Below, piece after piece: positions 17,501-36,130 of a stretch of 64,000 bases of DNA (the stretch's first letter is position 1; each line of letters begins with the position of its first letter). The stretch comes from the human T2T-CHM13v2.0 reference genome, Homo sapiens. The notes under the pieces were generated by a model. The model was given only the letters and a program-made list of their open reading frames with translations. It ran no database searches and had not been told where the DNA came from. The stretch is from assembly GCF_009914755.1 (NCBI RefSeq), contig NC_060928.1; one strand, 5' to 3'. The translations under genes were made by a program, and so were the position numbers.

Positions 17501-17564
17501 ACTTTGAACCCCTGTGCCTTCAAAAAGGGAGGACTTTGAGCCCCTGCGCCTTCAGAAAGGGAGG
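17501..17564. repeat. 32-bp tandem duplication, 2 copies
   Basis: actttgaacccctgtgccttcaaaaagggagg / actttgagcccctgcgccttcagaaagggagg. Confidence 0.93.
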
Positions 17565-18141
17565 AAACTGTCTTTAAAAGAGCTCTGCTATCTCCCTGGA
17601 ATTTATGTCATGACTATGACATAAAAATTTGCCCAGTGCTAAAAATTCAGGACATGGCATCTGGTGATTGAGTCACTTACCCACACAGGTTAGCAGTAAG
17701 ACACTCATTCTGTATTTTAGCACAGCCCTGGAGGTCTGGTGGCTTTGTGACACCATGGTGTGGTCTCAATTTCTGAGCTGCACACAGAGCCACTTCTCCT
17801 CCCTGGATCTTGCCACTTCCTTGTTTGCACTGCACAGAAAGCACACAGCAGCTACTCACCTTCTCATTTCCTGCAGGTTTGGAGAATCCTTGTGGTGGGG
17901 CTTTTAGTTGTCTCCTTGCTTCTTACAAATATTTTGTTGACACCATATTCTCTTCCTTCTCTGGAACTGGTGTATTCAGGATTCCCAGGCCCAGGAAACT
18001 TAGTTCTGCTTTTTCTTTTTTCCTTATGGTTACTACTCAGAAGCAAGAGGCAAGAGGCAAGAAATGCATGATTGAGTACCTGCTTGATTTAGGAGGGGAG
18101 AGGAAAAGAAACAGGTTGAATTTTTAAAATGTTATTGAGTT

Positions 18142-18624
<483 letters not shown>

Positions 18625-18836
18625 ATGCAGATGAGAGAGGACCCAGTGTAGTTCTTAAAAATTTCAGTGCATGAGACCAAACAGGCAACCACCACTTCTC
18701 ACTATTTCACTCACTGGCCAATTTCTTGCTTTTGTTGCTCTTGTGACTTCTTGTTAGTGATACAGGCAGTTGTGCATACACACCATTTTAAGAATTCCTG
18801 TCACAAAGAGATGCTTAAGAAATATTACTTGATGTT

Positions 18837-21170
18837 TGATATAGTTTGGCTATGTCCCCACCCAAATCTCATCTTGAATTATAGTTCTCATAATCCCCAT
18901 GTGTCATGGGAGGGACCCAGAGGGAGGTAATTGAATCATGGGGGTGGTTTTCCCTGTGTTGTTCTTGTGATGGTGAGTGAGTTATCATGAGAGTTGATGG
19001 TTTTATAAGCATCTGGCATTACCCCTGCTGGCTCTCATTCTGTCTCTTGCTGCCCTGTGAAGAGGTGCCTTCTGCCATGACTGTAAGTTTCCTGAGGCCT
19101 CCCCAGCCACAGTTGTGACTCACAGTTGTGAGTCAATTAAACCTCTTTTTAAATATATTGCTCAGTCTTGGATATTTCTTCATAGCAGCATGAGAACAGA
19201 CTAATGCAGTAAATTGGTACCAGGAGTGGGGTGCTACTATAAGGATACCCCAAAATGTGGATGCAAATTTGGAACTGGGTAACAGGCAGAGGTTGGAACA
19301 GTTTGGAGGACTCAGGAGAAGACAAGAAAATGTCAGAAAGTTTGGAAATTTCTAGAGATTGGAGGGCCCAGAAGACAGGAAGGTGTGGGAAAGTTTGGAA
19401 CTTCCTAGAGACTTGTTGAATGGCTTTGACTAAAATGCTGATAGTGATTTGGACAATGAAGTCCAGGCTGAGATGGTCCCAGAAAGAGATGAGGAACTCG
19501 TTGGGAACTGGAGCGAAGGTGTGTCTTGTTATGCTTTAGCAAAGAGACTTGCAGCACTGTGCCTCTGCTTGAGATCTCTGTATCTTTGAACTTGAGAGAG
19601 ATGATTTAGAACATCTGGCAGCAAAAATTTCTAAGTGGCAAAGCATTCAAGAGGAAGCAAAGCATAAAAGTTTGAAAAATTTGCAGCCTGACAATGCGAT
19701 AGAAAAGAAAAACCCATTTTCTGGAGAGAAATTCAAGCTGGCTACAGAAATTGGCATAAGTAATGAGAAGCCAAATGTTAATCACCAAGACAATGGGGAA
19801 AATGTCTCCAGGGCATGTCAGAGACTTTCACAGCAGCCCCTCCTATCACAGGCCCAGAGACCTAGAAGAGAAAAATGGTTTCATGGTCTGGGTCCAGGGC
19901 TCCCCTGCTCTGTGCAGCCTCAGGTCATGGTACCCTGCATCCCAGCTACTCCAGCTCCAGCTGTGGCTAAAAGGGGCCAAGGTAGAGTTCGGGTTATTGC
20001 TTCAGAGGGTGCAAGCCATAAGTCTTGGCAACTTCCACATGGTGTTGAGCCTGTGGGTGCACAGAAGTCAAGAATTGATTGGGGTTTGGGAACCTCTGCC
20101 TAAATTTCAGAGGATGTGTGGAAATGCCTGATTGTCCAGGCAGAAGTTTGCTGCAGGGGCAGAGGCCTCATGGAGAACCTCTGGTAGGGCAGTGTAGAAG
20201 GGAAATATGTGGTGGGTGCCCCCACACAGAGTTCCCACTGGGGCACTGCCTAGTGGAGCTGTAAGAAGTGGGCCACCGTCCTCCAGACCCCAGTATAGTA
20301 GATCCACACTGACAGCTTGCACTGTGTACCTGGAAAAGTTGCAGACACTCAATGCCAGCCTGTGAAAGAAGCCAGGTTGGGGGATGTTCCCTGCAAAGCC
20401 ACAGGTGTGGAGCTTCCCAAGGTCATGGGAGCCCACCTCTTGCAACAGCATGACCTGGATGTAGGACATGGAGTCAAAATAGATCATTTTGGAACTTCAA
20501 TATTTAATGACTGCCCTGCTGGATTTCAGACTTGCATGAGCCTGTAGCCCCTTTGTTTTAGCCACATTTTTCCCATTTGGAACAGGTGTATTCACCCAAT
20601 GCTTATAATTGTATCTAGGAAGTAACTAACTTACTTTTGATTTTACAGGCTCATAGGTGGAAGAAACTCGTCTTGTCTCAGATGAGCCTTTGGACTTAGA
20701 CTTTTGGGTTAATGCTAGAATGAGTTAAGACTTTGGGGGACAGTTGGAAGGGCATGATTGTGTTTTGAAATGTGAGGACATGAAATTTGGGAAGGGCCAG
20801 GAATGTAATGATGTGGTTTGCCTTTGTCCTCACCCAAATTTCATCTTGAATTGTAGTTCCCATAATCCCTACATGTCATGGGAGGGACTAGGTGGGAGGT
20901 AATTGAATCATGGGGGCGGTCTCCCCCATGCTGTCCTCATGATGGTGAGTGAGTTCTCATGATATCTGATGGTTTTATGTGTCTGGCATTTCCCCTGCTG
21001 ACTCTCATTCTCTCTCTTGCCACCCTGTGAAGAGATGCCTTCTGCCATGATTGTAAGTTTCCTGAGGCGTCCCCAGCCATGCAGAACTGTGTGTTAATTA
21101 AACCTCTTTTCTTTTTAAATTACCTAGACTCGGGTATTTCTTCATGGCAGTGTGAGAACGAACTCATACA
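18837..21170 (+). mobile_element. Complete THE1 (THE1C-like) MaLR provirus: 5'LTR 18837-19208, internal 19209-20808, 3'LTR 20809-21170
   Basis: Two ~365-bp direct LTRs (TG...CA), internal start 'gtaaattggtaccaggagtggggtgct', 5-bp TSD atgtt. Confidence 0.96.
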
Positions 21171-22614
21171 ATGTTAATTGTTAATACTTTGTTTTTCTGA
21201 CTTTTAATTTAAAATTTTTAAATGCTATTTTATTATTATTTTTTGGCCACTGGATTCCCATTCCACTTGAATAGAATAACAAATAGTAGAAATTAAAGTT
21301 AAAAAGTATGTTGAATATTGAATAGGAATTTTAATTTTGGAAATATTCATGTCTACATTTAAATAAGAAGTGGAAGACAGTAAAAAATGAAACAAATGCA
21401 GTCCCTGTCCTTGGTGGGACTGAAGGAGTTTCTGAAAGAAAACTTTTAGTGGTGCCTTTAAGCACAGAACTACAGCTTATAAAAGTCCATGGACATCAAA
21501 ATTATGCAAAGCTTGGTGGAATTTTTGTGTGCAGGTTTTCCTAGAGAGAACAGAAACTATGGAACACAGTCATGAGGCAGAAAATGAGAGCAAGAGTGAT
21601 TATGTCAGGCAGCTTGCTCTGGCAGAGAGTTAAAGCCGGATGCTCTTTCTACCATGGCTTGTTTGGCTCCCAAGAACTGTGGCTTCTACTTCTGCTTTCT
21701 CCCTCTTCCTTCTCCTGCATCTATTCAGGATACCTAATGCGGTCAAGAGGAACAAGGCAGAAATGAAAATTGTCAAATCCTGTGTGGGTATAAACTCTAT
21801 TCAAAACTTATTAAATTTTAAATACCATTCAGTTGTAAATAATCATAAGAGCCCACCTACAGTGAAACAATAGATGACTTGAAAGCACTGCAGCAGCCAG
21901 CTCTGAGCTGCAAGGAGAATAGTTGTGTAAAATGATTCATTAGCAAAAAGAAATCCCTGCAGGACACTAGATATAATCCAACACAGGGAAAGATGTGGTT
22001 TGGAGACTGATATTTTACAACTTCTTCAGGTTCTCAATATTGAAAACAAATGATACAATCAAAAGATACTCTTTCAGATTGCTATGTGCAGTCTCTTCCA
22101 GAGGCCCTGCGAGAGATACTTAACTTACCTTCTGCTCTGAGAGGGAAAGCTGTCTTGTGTGGGTGGTCAAGAAAGGTTATTTGGTGGTATTATATTTCAG
22201 GACTTCTACCAGAGTGATTCACTTATAACTGGCTGGCATAATTATTATAGAGTTTCAGTGATCATTATGCTGTGTTAACTACAGAATATTGTAATTGCTG
22301 TTAGAATGACCACAAAATGAACCATACAATTTCAAAACATACTTAGCCATTTTCAGAAGAGGTGCAAATGAGAGTTATGCTTTGAAGATTCCAGGGAGAC
22401 TGATTAAGAGAACTAACAGAGTGGAGAACAGATTAATGGCTGCATTTCTTCATGCTATGTGACCATTAGTGAACTTTCCTTTCTGATATTACCTAATGTC
22501 AACATTCCATTGGAGTTCACACATTGCTAGGTGTTTTAGAAAAGACATTGAAGGTGATTTATTGATATTTCACCCCCAGAAATACTGGGAAGAGGCTTTC
22601 TTCTTTAGAGATGT

Positions 22615-22668
22615 GAATTTCTGAAGTGAAGTCCCTAGAAGGAATTTCTGAAGTGAAGCCCCTAGAAG
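22615..22668. repeat. 27-bp tandem duplication, 2 copies
   Basis: gaatttctgaagtgaagYccctagaag twice, 1 mismatch. Confidence 0.93.
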
Positions 22669-23683
22669 GCTCACCATTCTACTACAGTGGCTCTTTTGCT
22701 GCATGCTTCCCAGATCCCTCCATCCTCCTGCACTTCTGCTTCTGAAATTTTTCCTCTGATGGAGTTGCCATATCAGTACAGAAGCTGGCATGGTATAGCA
22801 TGTGTACCACAGAGAGCACCAGAGTGGTTTATCTTCGGCATGCTGGCTGGTTATCATCTTGTAATCCTCCCATGGGCTTCAGAAACCTCAACTCGACAGA
22901 GACTTGGCCACAGACCTTCCTCCTTTAGATGCTTGGAGGATCCTGAAGAGAAGAATCAGACTCCCAACCTCACACTTATGAATTTCAAGATAGTGCTCGG
23001 TAACATCTTTTCTATGTGGTGGCCAGAATGTTGAAAAGTTTGATAAATCTTTATATACATTCAGTCCCTCTGCACTTGTAAAGAGGAAGAGGCTTGAGTA
23101 GCAGCAGAAAAATGATATGGCCATCCACCATTGCCATGTTTATGTTGTGTTTATTTTCCCTTTCCCACTTTTCCCTCTGGGGAGAAATATGTGTGACTTA
23201 TTACCTAATTCATTCCTGGAAGAGAGTTCTAGTCCTGGAAACTTGTTTCATACTATAAAAATAACAAAACTGATCATTCAAAATAATGGAATTAATACCA
23301 CATAAATTACTTTGCAGTATTCTTTTTGAATTTATTTTTTCCACATGTCGTTTTCCTCCTTTCTCCTGGCTCTTGGTGTCATAAAGTCTGGGTGGTAGAG
23401 GTAAGCGAATCTGCATAGGTATTCTTTATTTCATCAGAGGCTTTAGACTTGAGTTTAAAATTAGAACCTACTAAAAAATATTATTGCATAGTTAGGGTGA
23501 AAGGGTATCTTTGAAGGACTTTGAGTGATAAATGCCTTGATACTGGCTTTTTCTGAGTGTCAGGGTTGCCCACTGACTCATATGAGAAAATGATGTGGGC
23601 AGTGGTTGTTTTATTGAGGTTTTTTGTTTTTTTTTTTTGTAACCAGGGGGTTCTTGTTTGCTCTAGTTAAGATAGTAAGAACT

Positions 23684-23996
<313 letters not shown>

Positions 23997-24277
23997 TCAG
24001 AACTGATGGCTTGGGTAATTGGGAGGTGGATGTGGTTGGATAAAAGGTGTGAAACAGAAATTATGTTATTATAAATAAGTCACCAGTTACCAGTATTTTG
24101 ATGTATTAAATCTTATAAAAAGAAAATTAGTGGTATTGCGTATTTTTAATTTTAGAAAATTAATCATAATCATAGTGTATGAGGATTGGAAGGACTTTAG
24201 ATTTCATATAATTGAATTATTAGAGACTTGAACAGTTTCTATAGTACTCTGATCAGACAAATTGTCCAGTTTATGGC

Positions 24278-24598
<321 letters not shown>

Positions 24599-24919
24599 TG
24601 AATATCTTTAGTGACGGGAAATTCATCTCTGCATAGTCTTATTTAATTCTGAGTATTAAATTTTTTTAATTATAATAGTCAAAAGTTGATTCTCTAGCAT
24701 ATATGTATTCTAGCTCCATTTCTTGGGTCCTTGCAGAGCAAATCTAACTACAGTCCTACCATTAATTCCAGATTGCTCTATGCATCTGAGACTTTTAACT
24801 TTCACACAGAATGTCTCCAGATTTATATGAAAGGGTTATATGGTTCTTTGTGATTCTGGTTTATTTGTCGTTTGCCCAGATGTTGGTGTGGAACAAAGTG
24901 GCACCTCCAGTGCCTACAT

Positions 24920-25320
24920 GCTAGATCTTGAATTTTATGATGACAACCTAAGATCAAGAAGGACTGTGGATGAGGAACCACTGATGGGTTTTTTGCAGAG
25001 TAGTGCCATTGAGAGACTTTTATTTTAAATAATCTTTGTGGACTTATGGGGATGGAGTAAAAGAGGATATTTTGGAGGCCAAAAACAAGTCAAAAGCTGT
25101 TTCAGTAGGAGGACTTGGATCAGAGCAGGAACAATGGGCATGGAGAAAAGAGATTGGATTTTAGAAATAGTAGAGGATTGAATGTGGCTGGTGATGGAGG
25201 AAGAAGAATCAGAATGACACCAAAGTTTCTAGCTTAGATATTGGGCTATGAAAGACGGTGCCATGAACTAAGAAAGAAAATCCTGAAGAAAGAGCCAGTT
25301 TTAAGATAAAGATAAAATCT
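24920..25320 (-). mobile_element. L2 fragment
   Basis: 'gatgaggaaccactgatgggttttttgcag', 'gaatgacaccaaagtttctagcttag', 'ggtgccatgaactaaga'. Confidence 0.7.
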
Positions 25321-25675
25321 TTCAAACTGTGATTTCATTTAGCCTGTATTCCTCCATCTGCTCTACAAGAATATGATAAGAAAGCTTATGCCAGGATCTA
25401 TTATTCATAGATACACTATGTGGCCATGTTCCTCTGATCTACTGATCTAGTGATTCTATTGGAAAAAGAAAATGAATTTTATTTGACATGACTAGGTATT
25501 GGCTGGGCTTTGCATCCCTCTTCTGTACTTCTTTGATCAATATTAATCAACTTAATAAGCACTTGCAATGGCAATGCTTTATATGCTCATTGTCTAGTGA
25601 CAATGAATTATAGTATGAAGATTTTACAAATGTTTTTCTTTTGTTCCGGTTTGTTTTTTTTCTGGTATGAATCCC

Positions 25676-28940
<3,265 letters not shown>

Positions 28941-30537
28941 AAAAGTGTGTTTCTGAGGCAAAAAAAGATTTACAGCAAACTGATAACTGAGTTTCCAGTT
29001 CTTCGGTCAACTACAGCCGAGCTAAAGTCTTAGTTAGCAAAATTTAAAAGTCTGAATTGTTAGGAGATAAGAAATTGTTAATCTGAAATCCAATTTCTAC
29101 TTAATTCAAGGGCACATTGTTTAGACTCTGTGTGTAGGAGCATTGTGATAAACTGTAAGGAAATGACACAGCAAACACTATTCTACTAGCATAATAAAAT
29201 ATTCTCTACCCTGGTTTTTATAGACAGCCTGTACATAGTATTTATATTCCTTTCCAAGTCGCTTATTTACCTGTGATGCTGTTTCCTACTTTTGCTGACA
29301 GTTCAATCAGTCGGTTAAAAAACATATGGGGTAAAGTAGTTTTGCAAAAGGTGACTTAAATTAATGGTAAGCTTGATGCTATTTTCCCTTGTTTGGCTAG
29401 TTGAACATTACATGCGTTCCAAACTTAGTGTCTACCAGTGTGTGGCAGGTTACATCCATGTGTAGAACAAAGCCCAGGAGGGGGGCACCTGCATCAACAC
29501 AGGGAGCATGCCCTTTCTGAAATAACAAAAACAAAAATGAGAAAAAACGGTGCTAACTATTTTGTTGTCATGAGGAGTTGTGGGCCATTATTCGTGGACC
29601 TTCTGATATTTCAAGAGAAGTAAAAATATTTTGTATGAAGTCTACTGTTTACAAAATATTGTCAATTAATTGACATTAAACAAATGCCGTGCAGGCCAAA
29701 CAAAACTAGCCCTTGGACCAGAAATGTTCTATGGGTTTATAGCTTCAACACTGGAACATCTCTCAATATGATCAGTTGTGGATTATATACTTTTACCCTT
29801 TTAAGCACTTATTTTAAGGGTTTAGTGGGGGTCAGGTAGAATATGGTTATTGCTTAACTCAGTTTACTACTGCTACCTAAAACCATGGTTGATATTTAAC
29901 TGGCTTGCGTTAAATACGTTGCGTTACCAAGTATTCATTCTGATTGATTGGTACCATGTGGTCAAAGGGGTTAAAGTTTTTGAACATTATTTCTGCCCCA
30001 AGTTAATAAACAACACTTCTTACCAGCATGATTTAGATATGGGTTTACCTGTACATTGGGAGTTTTTTCCAAGTGTGTTTATTCCAAGCATTGTAGAATT
30101 TCTCAGTTCCTTATAAGGCTATCTTAGAGACTTAGTTTATAATATTTTCAATAATAATTTGTCAGACTGTATTCTCAGTCATTCAATTTTGGGATATTAT
30201 TTGATGACTCCCCCTCAGAAGCCTCTTTTAATGACTAGTCTGACTGACATTTGGTGAAAAAGCAGTAGTTTTTCTTCATCTGTATTCTTCAGAGAATCAT
30301 GGAATAGTAGCTGTCCGTTCCATTTAGGTCTTGCTTTTGATAAATTAATTGATGAATTGTCTTCAGCTTAATATGAATATAATTAGTTCAATTGTCAATT
30401 ATGTTAGACTTTTAAAAGAGTGTTCTGAATATGTGATCATATGACATACTATTTGTAACATGCTTTTTTTTCACCCCCAAATAACAATTTACAGGATCTC
30501 AATATTGAGGCCAGAAGAGATTACATAGAGATTATAG

Positions 30538-30813
30538 GCTCTGCCTGTAATCCCAGTGCTTTGGGAGCCAAGATGGGAGGATTGCTCGAGGCCAGAAGTT
30601 TGAGACAAAGCTGGGCAACATGGCAAGACCCCATCTCTACAAAAAATTAAAAAATTAGCTGAGTGTGGTGGTACATGTCTGTACTCCTAGCTACTTGGGA
30701 GCCTGAGGGGGAGGATCACTTGAACCCAGGAGTACAAGGTTACGGTGAATTATGATCATACCACTGAACTCCAGGCTGGGTGACAGAATGAGACTCCATT
30801 TCTAAAGTTAAAA
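30538..30813 (+). mobile_element. AluJo-like element
   Basis: 'gggaggattgctcgaggccagaagtttgagac', 'ggatcacttgaacccaggag'. Confidence 0.88.
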
Positions 30814-31939
30814 AGTATATATATTGAAAAACTTACTTGAAAACTTTGAGAGTAGAAATTATCTTTATAGTATCTAATCTATCCAGTCAAATGAGCTGGC
30901 AGTGGAAGGAGCACTGGACTTAGAGTCGGAAGGCATGGCCTCTTCTCTTTTGCCAATCAATGTGACATTTAGATTTTCATTATTATCATTATCATTATTA
31001 TTATTAAGATTTAAAAAAATTGTGGGCTAGAAATGTAACTTTCTTCGTGGCAGAATTTTATACTTATTTTTATTTCATATGTGCTCTTCCAACTAAGAAA
31101 GAAAAAAACTACAGCTCTCTGGAGCCTGTAGTGTTTGAAACTTATTAGCTGTGTTTCCTCTGGCTACAGAAATCAAAAAGGAGTTTTTCAAGTTGCATTC
31201 AGAAAAGCAGTCTGTTTTTCTGACCTGCAGTGTTGCTAGTAATTGTAAGCCAGGTGTTACTCTTGGAAAATGAAAGTACTCATTATTTTAAAATAGTATG
31301 GTGTGGAGGGCCAACTGTAAGACCTGGAGCTGTTTGCTGTTTACACACATGCGGACAACTTCTCTGGTCAAAAGTGATAAACAAATGAAACTTTCAGCCT
31401 CCATTCTTCAGCCTCTCAAATATATTTCTGAAGAGGGCATTGTTCCAGGGTTCTCTTTGAACAACTCCCACCCCTGAAGTTGAAAGTCTTGACTATTTCA
31501 ATGTCCTTCCCTTGAGTCATATGGCCTGGGCAGCACGCCCTTACTGTTGTTGCTTTGTTAACTGTTAGATACTGAGTTATATTAACATGAAAGGACATAA
31601 GGAATCAGAAATGAAGCCTCCAACTAACAATATGACAAAGCTGATCTACCAATACATCTTTGATTTGGTTTTAAGAGGTTGCAGTGGAAGTGGATAAGAG
31701 GTATGAAATTTCTGATTCCAACTTGAGTCTCATTCTAGCCCGTGCCTTGGGGATGTCTATAAAGCTGAGAGGGAGGAAAATTGAGGGGGAAAGGAAGAGG
31801 GAGGAAAAGGTAGAGGAAGAGAAAGAAAGAGGAAGACAGAAGAAGAGAAACAGGGAGAGAAGGAGAGTGCCTGATCCTGATCCATAGTATAATAGCCTCC
31901 CTAGCCTGATTACAGTTCTGCTTTTACACTTAACCACTG

Positions 31940-33010
31940 CTCTTTTGGGTACTGGCTATTGAGGAACAATACCCTAAATTTTCCTGAAAGTTCTTTCCAG
32001 CTGAGAGCCTCTCTAGGCACTGGCTTAATTCTTTCAAAGTCTCATGGCCACACCCTTGATTTTTATCTTTACCTTGTGGCCAAGTCTTAATGTGAAAATA
32101 TTTTTCTGGCCTGAGACAGCAAAGATGAAAAACAACTTTAGTTTCTATTCTAATAAATTCTAGCATCTCTTAATTCCCCATATTCTCCTTGTAAACTGTG
32201 TGTGTGTTTTTGTAGACATTTGTTTCTTTCTTGTAGTACTTTACATACAATTAGTAAGAGTCAGCTGACATTTTCAACATTCTGCCTGGAGATCAAGTCC
32301 AAAAATTCATAAGGTACATTTTGCATCTTCAAGTTATTTTAAGTGACCAGTTCTAACAGATGTTTCATGCCGACGTAGCATGGGTGATCATTTTTTCACT
32401 TTGTTCTAAGAGTTGCCTCATCATTTTTCCAGGCTTTGTTAGTAGTATCATTGACACTTTTCCAGCTTCTGTTTGCTACCTACCTCATCCAAAGCTAATT
32501 CCACATATGTCTGTTTTATGCTACAGTAGCACATTCCTTATAGGTACTAATTACCTATTGCCATAATAATGCTGCATAATAAACAACACAAAATGCCTCT
32601 TGAAACAATAAAAATTTATTTAGTGCATGAGTCTGTGGGCCAGCAACTTGGTTCTTCTGGTCTCACATGCATGGAAATGGGTTGCATATTAGCTGATCTA
32701 GTATAACTCATCTGGGATGATTGAGATAACCTGGTTCTGTTTTACCTTTAGTAGGGTTAGTAGGTTAGTCCAGGTATGTGTCACAGCAAAGTCAGAGGAT
32801 TAAGAGACTGTTAGTGTGAAAGATTTTTTCAAGCCTCTGCATGCATCTGCTCTTGTCCTGTTGGCCAAAGCATGTAAGATGGCCAAACTCAGAATCAAAG
32901 CACAAAGAAGTACACTCCTCTATAGTGAGAGGAAATGCAAAGTCACATGGCAAAGGGCATAGATACAGGAAGAAGTTAAGTGTTGGGCCATTACTGCCAT
33001 CAGCCTGCCA
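31940..33010 (-). mobile_element. MLT1 (G/H-type) LTR (~32545-33010) with adjacent internal fragment (~31940-32544)
   Basis: LTR motifs 'aatgctgcataataaacaacac', 'gcaaagtcacatggcaaagggcatagatacagga'; antisense internal start resembles 'attggtacc...gtgct.ctgta.ca'. Confidence 0.7.
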
Positions 33011-33059
33011 AATGATCTCGGCCGTATTTAATATGGGACAGTACCTCACTCATATTCTT

Positions 33060-33843
<784 letters not shown>

Positions 33844-34005
33844 CATAATTGAACTCTCATTTTTCTTCTGATTCTGAGTTCATGTTGCGTATTTACACCA
33901 TGCACAAAAACCAGTTCTCAGTATGTATCCCCTTCCTAATTTTCAGGAGTTTTAACACTAAGGTCTTTTCAGTGCTTATACTCTTTAGATTCATTAGTAA
34001 GAGTC

Positions 34006-34415
34006 TGTCTTTTTCTGTTTTCTGTAGCTTATAACAGAATACCTGAAACTGGGTAATTTATAAACGAGAGGAATTTATTTCTTACAGTTATGAAGGCTGA
34101 GAAACCCAAGGTCGAGGGGCCATATCTGGTGAGGGCCTTCTTGCTGGTGGGGACTCTGCAGAGTCCTGAGGTGGTACAGGGCATCACATGGTGAGGTGGC
34201 TGAGTGTGGTAACTTAAGTCTCTCTTTCTCTTCTTATAAAGCCACCAGTCTCACTCCCATGAGAACCCACTAATCCATTAATAGAGTCTTACGTTCATAA
34301 GGGTAGAGCTGTTAGGACCCAATCACTTCTTAAAGGCCCTATTTCTCAATATTGCCACATTGGAGATTAAGTTTCAACATGAGTTTTGGAGGGGACAACC
34401 ATTCAAAGCATAACA
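34006..34415 (-). mobile_element. MLT1A-type MaLR LTR
   Basis: 'ataacagaatacctgaaactgggtaatttataa', 'ttaagtttcaacatgagttttggaggggaca'; near-TSD gagtc / gtgtc. Confidence 0.88.
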
Positions 34416-34494
34416 GTGTCCTTTAATTGTCATAAGCTTTCCTAATTATTAGCTTTAGTATGATCTAAGTATCAATTTTACTTTTGTGTTCCAG

Positions 34495-34586
34495 CTTATA
34501 GAAGAGTACGGCATACAGAAAAATACATCTTCTGCAAAGAAAACACAGTCATGTAGAGAACCTTTCCATCCCCAGTCTGGACCCAG
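34495..34586 (+). other. Candidate 92-nt internal exon
   Basis: Pyrimidine tract and acceptor 'ttttacttttgtgttccag|', donor 'CAG|gtaatg'; unique sequence; one open frame (LIEEYGIQKNTSSAKKTQSCREPFHPQSGP), not recognised. Confidence 0.35.
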
Positions 34587-34744
34587 GTAATGGGTCCTTG
34601 CTTAGAGGAATATTTCTTCCACTCATATCATCTTTCTTTTTTGTCCCATTTTGTTTTTGTTTGAATAAAACTCATTTGTACTTTTCCTTTCTTCCAACAA
34701 TAAAGAACATTATTGACTTTTAATTATAATTTTAAAAACCCCAT

Positions 34745-35034
34745 TTTTTTGTGTTTTAGAAACAGGGTCTTACTCTGTTGCCTAGTCTGGAGTGCAGTGG
34801 CACAACCACGGCTCCCTGCAATCTAGAACTCCTGAGCACAAGCGATCTTCCCGCCTCAGCCCTCTGAGTAGCTGGGACTACAGGCACATCCCATCACACC
34901 CAGCTAATTGTTTAGTTAAGAAATGGGTCTTGCTTTGTCGCCTGGGCTTGTCTTGAACTCCCGGGCTCAAGCAATCCGCCTACCTTAGCCTCCCAAAGTG
35001 TTGGGATTGCAGACGTGAGTCCCTGTGCCTGGCC
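34745..35034 (-). mobile_element. AluJ-like element
   Basis: Diverged antisense Alu, 'gaactcccgggctcaagcaatccgcc'. Confidence 0.88.
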
Positions 35035-35059
35035 ACAAAACATATTTTAAAATCTGTCT

Positions 35060-36130
35060 ACGTCTGCCTACATTTCCAGTTGATGTTAGTCCATTAACTC
35101 TTTATTCTGCTATATCCAAACTGCTATTAAATCCATATATCAAATTCTTAATTTTTGTTACTTTATTTTGCAGTTCTCAAATTTCTATATGATTATTAAG
35201 TCTATTCCTTTGATGAAACTCCCCATCTTACCCTCTATTTCCTAAACATTTTAAGCACTTATTTTAATTTTGTGTTGCTAATGACAATATCTGCATCATC
35301 TGTGAGTCTTTTCCCACTGTTGATTTTTTTGTGTTCTTCCTATTTGTTGAGTTATTGCTATATTTTGTATACCTGGTAGATTTTTGTTGAATGCCAGATA
35401 CTGAATATAAAAAACCAGGGATGATGTGGATTGTGTTATAGCTTTCCTGAGAGAGTTTGCCCTGTCCTCTGGTTGGAAGCTATAGTGGAGGCAAATCACC
35501 TTAATCAAGTAAACGAGAAGATGAAATGCTGGGTTTCAGTCTTCTTAAGATTGGTTTCCTGGAGTGTTATAGCCCCTAAAGGTCTCGAATGAGAGTATGA
35601 AGTGTTCTCTGTTGCCCCTCTCCCTTAGTGAGTCATGGCCTCCAGTTTTGTCTTCTCAGCACTAAAAGATGTTTAAAAACTCTAATTTGATTTTCAACGG
35701 CTGTATGCTTGGCTTCCTAGCCTCTCACTCTAATCAGCTTACTTCAGAAAATGCCTTTATAGGAAAACGACCTTAGTATTATGCTTACATTTTCGCAGCT
35801 CTCTTCTTTCCAGGCTTGTACTCAGAAATCCTGGCTGCCTTCACAGCATCAAACTATAATTTTTTGTCTACCTCGATTTATGAATGATCAAGAGCTCTCT
35901 TAGATTATCTGCCTTTTAGCAGGGGCTGAGGATTATTAATATTCCAGCCCATATTTAGAATTGGCAAATGCCGTTAAGGGTAAGTGACATTCAGAATTTG
36001 TCTCACCTTTTTACTTTTCTCTTCTCTCCAGGATCTTGACACCTCAGATTCTTATCACTTTGGAAGCTCTCCCATGCCTTCAAACAAATGATTTTTTTTT
36101 CTTTTTAAATTTTACTTTGTTTTTCTTATT
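35060..36130 (-). mobile_element. Very old L1M (ORF1/5' region) fragments
   Basis: 'ctgctatatccaaactgctattaaatccatatatc...ttgcagttctcaaatttcta', 'tttgttgaatgccagatactg'. Confidence 0.6.

Noticed and set aside
19672-20547. Overlapping ORFs of 60-143 aa
   Set aside because: They are broken remnants of the THE1 internal region.
29472-29492. CTCF-like CCAGGAGGGGGGCACC
   Set aside because: An extra G breaks the core spacing.
29660-29675. 16-bp palindrome tgtcaattaattgaca, and similar AT-rich hairpins at 48171-48193 and ~51742-51760
   Set aside because: Short AT-rich palindromes are expected by chance here, with no supporting context.
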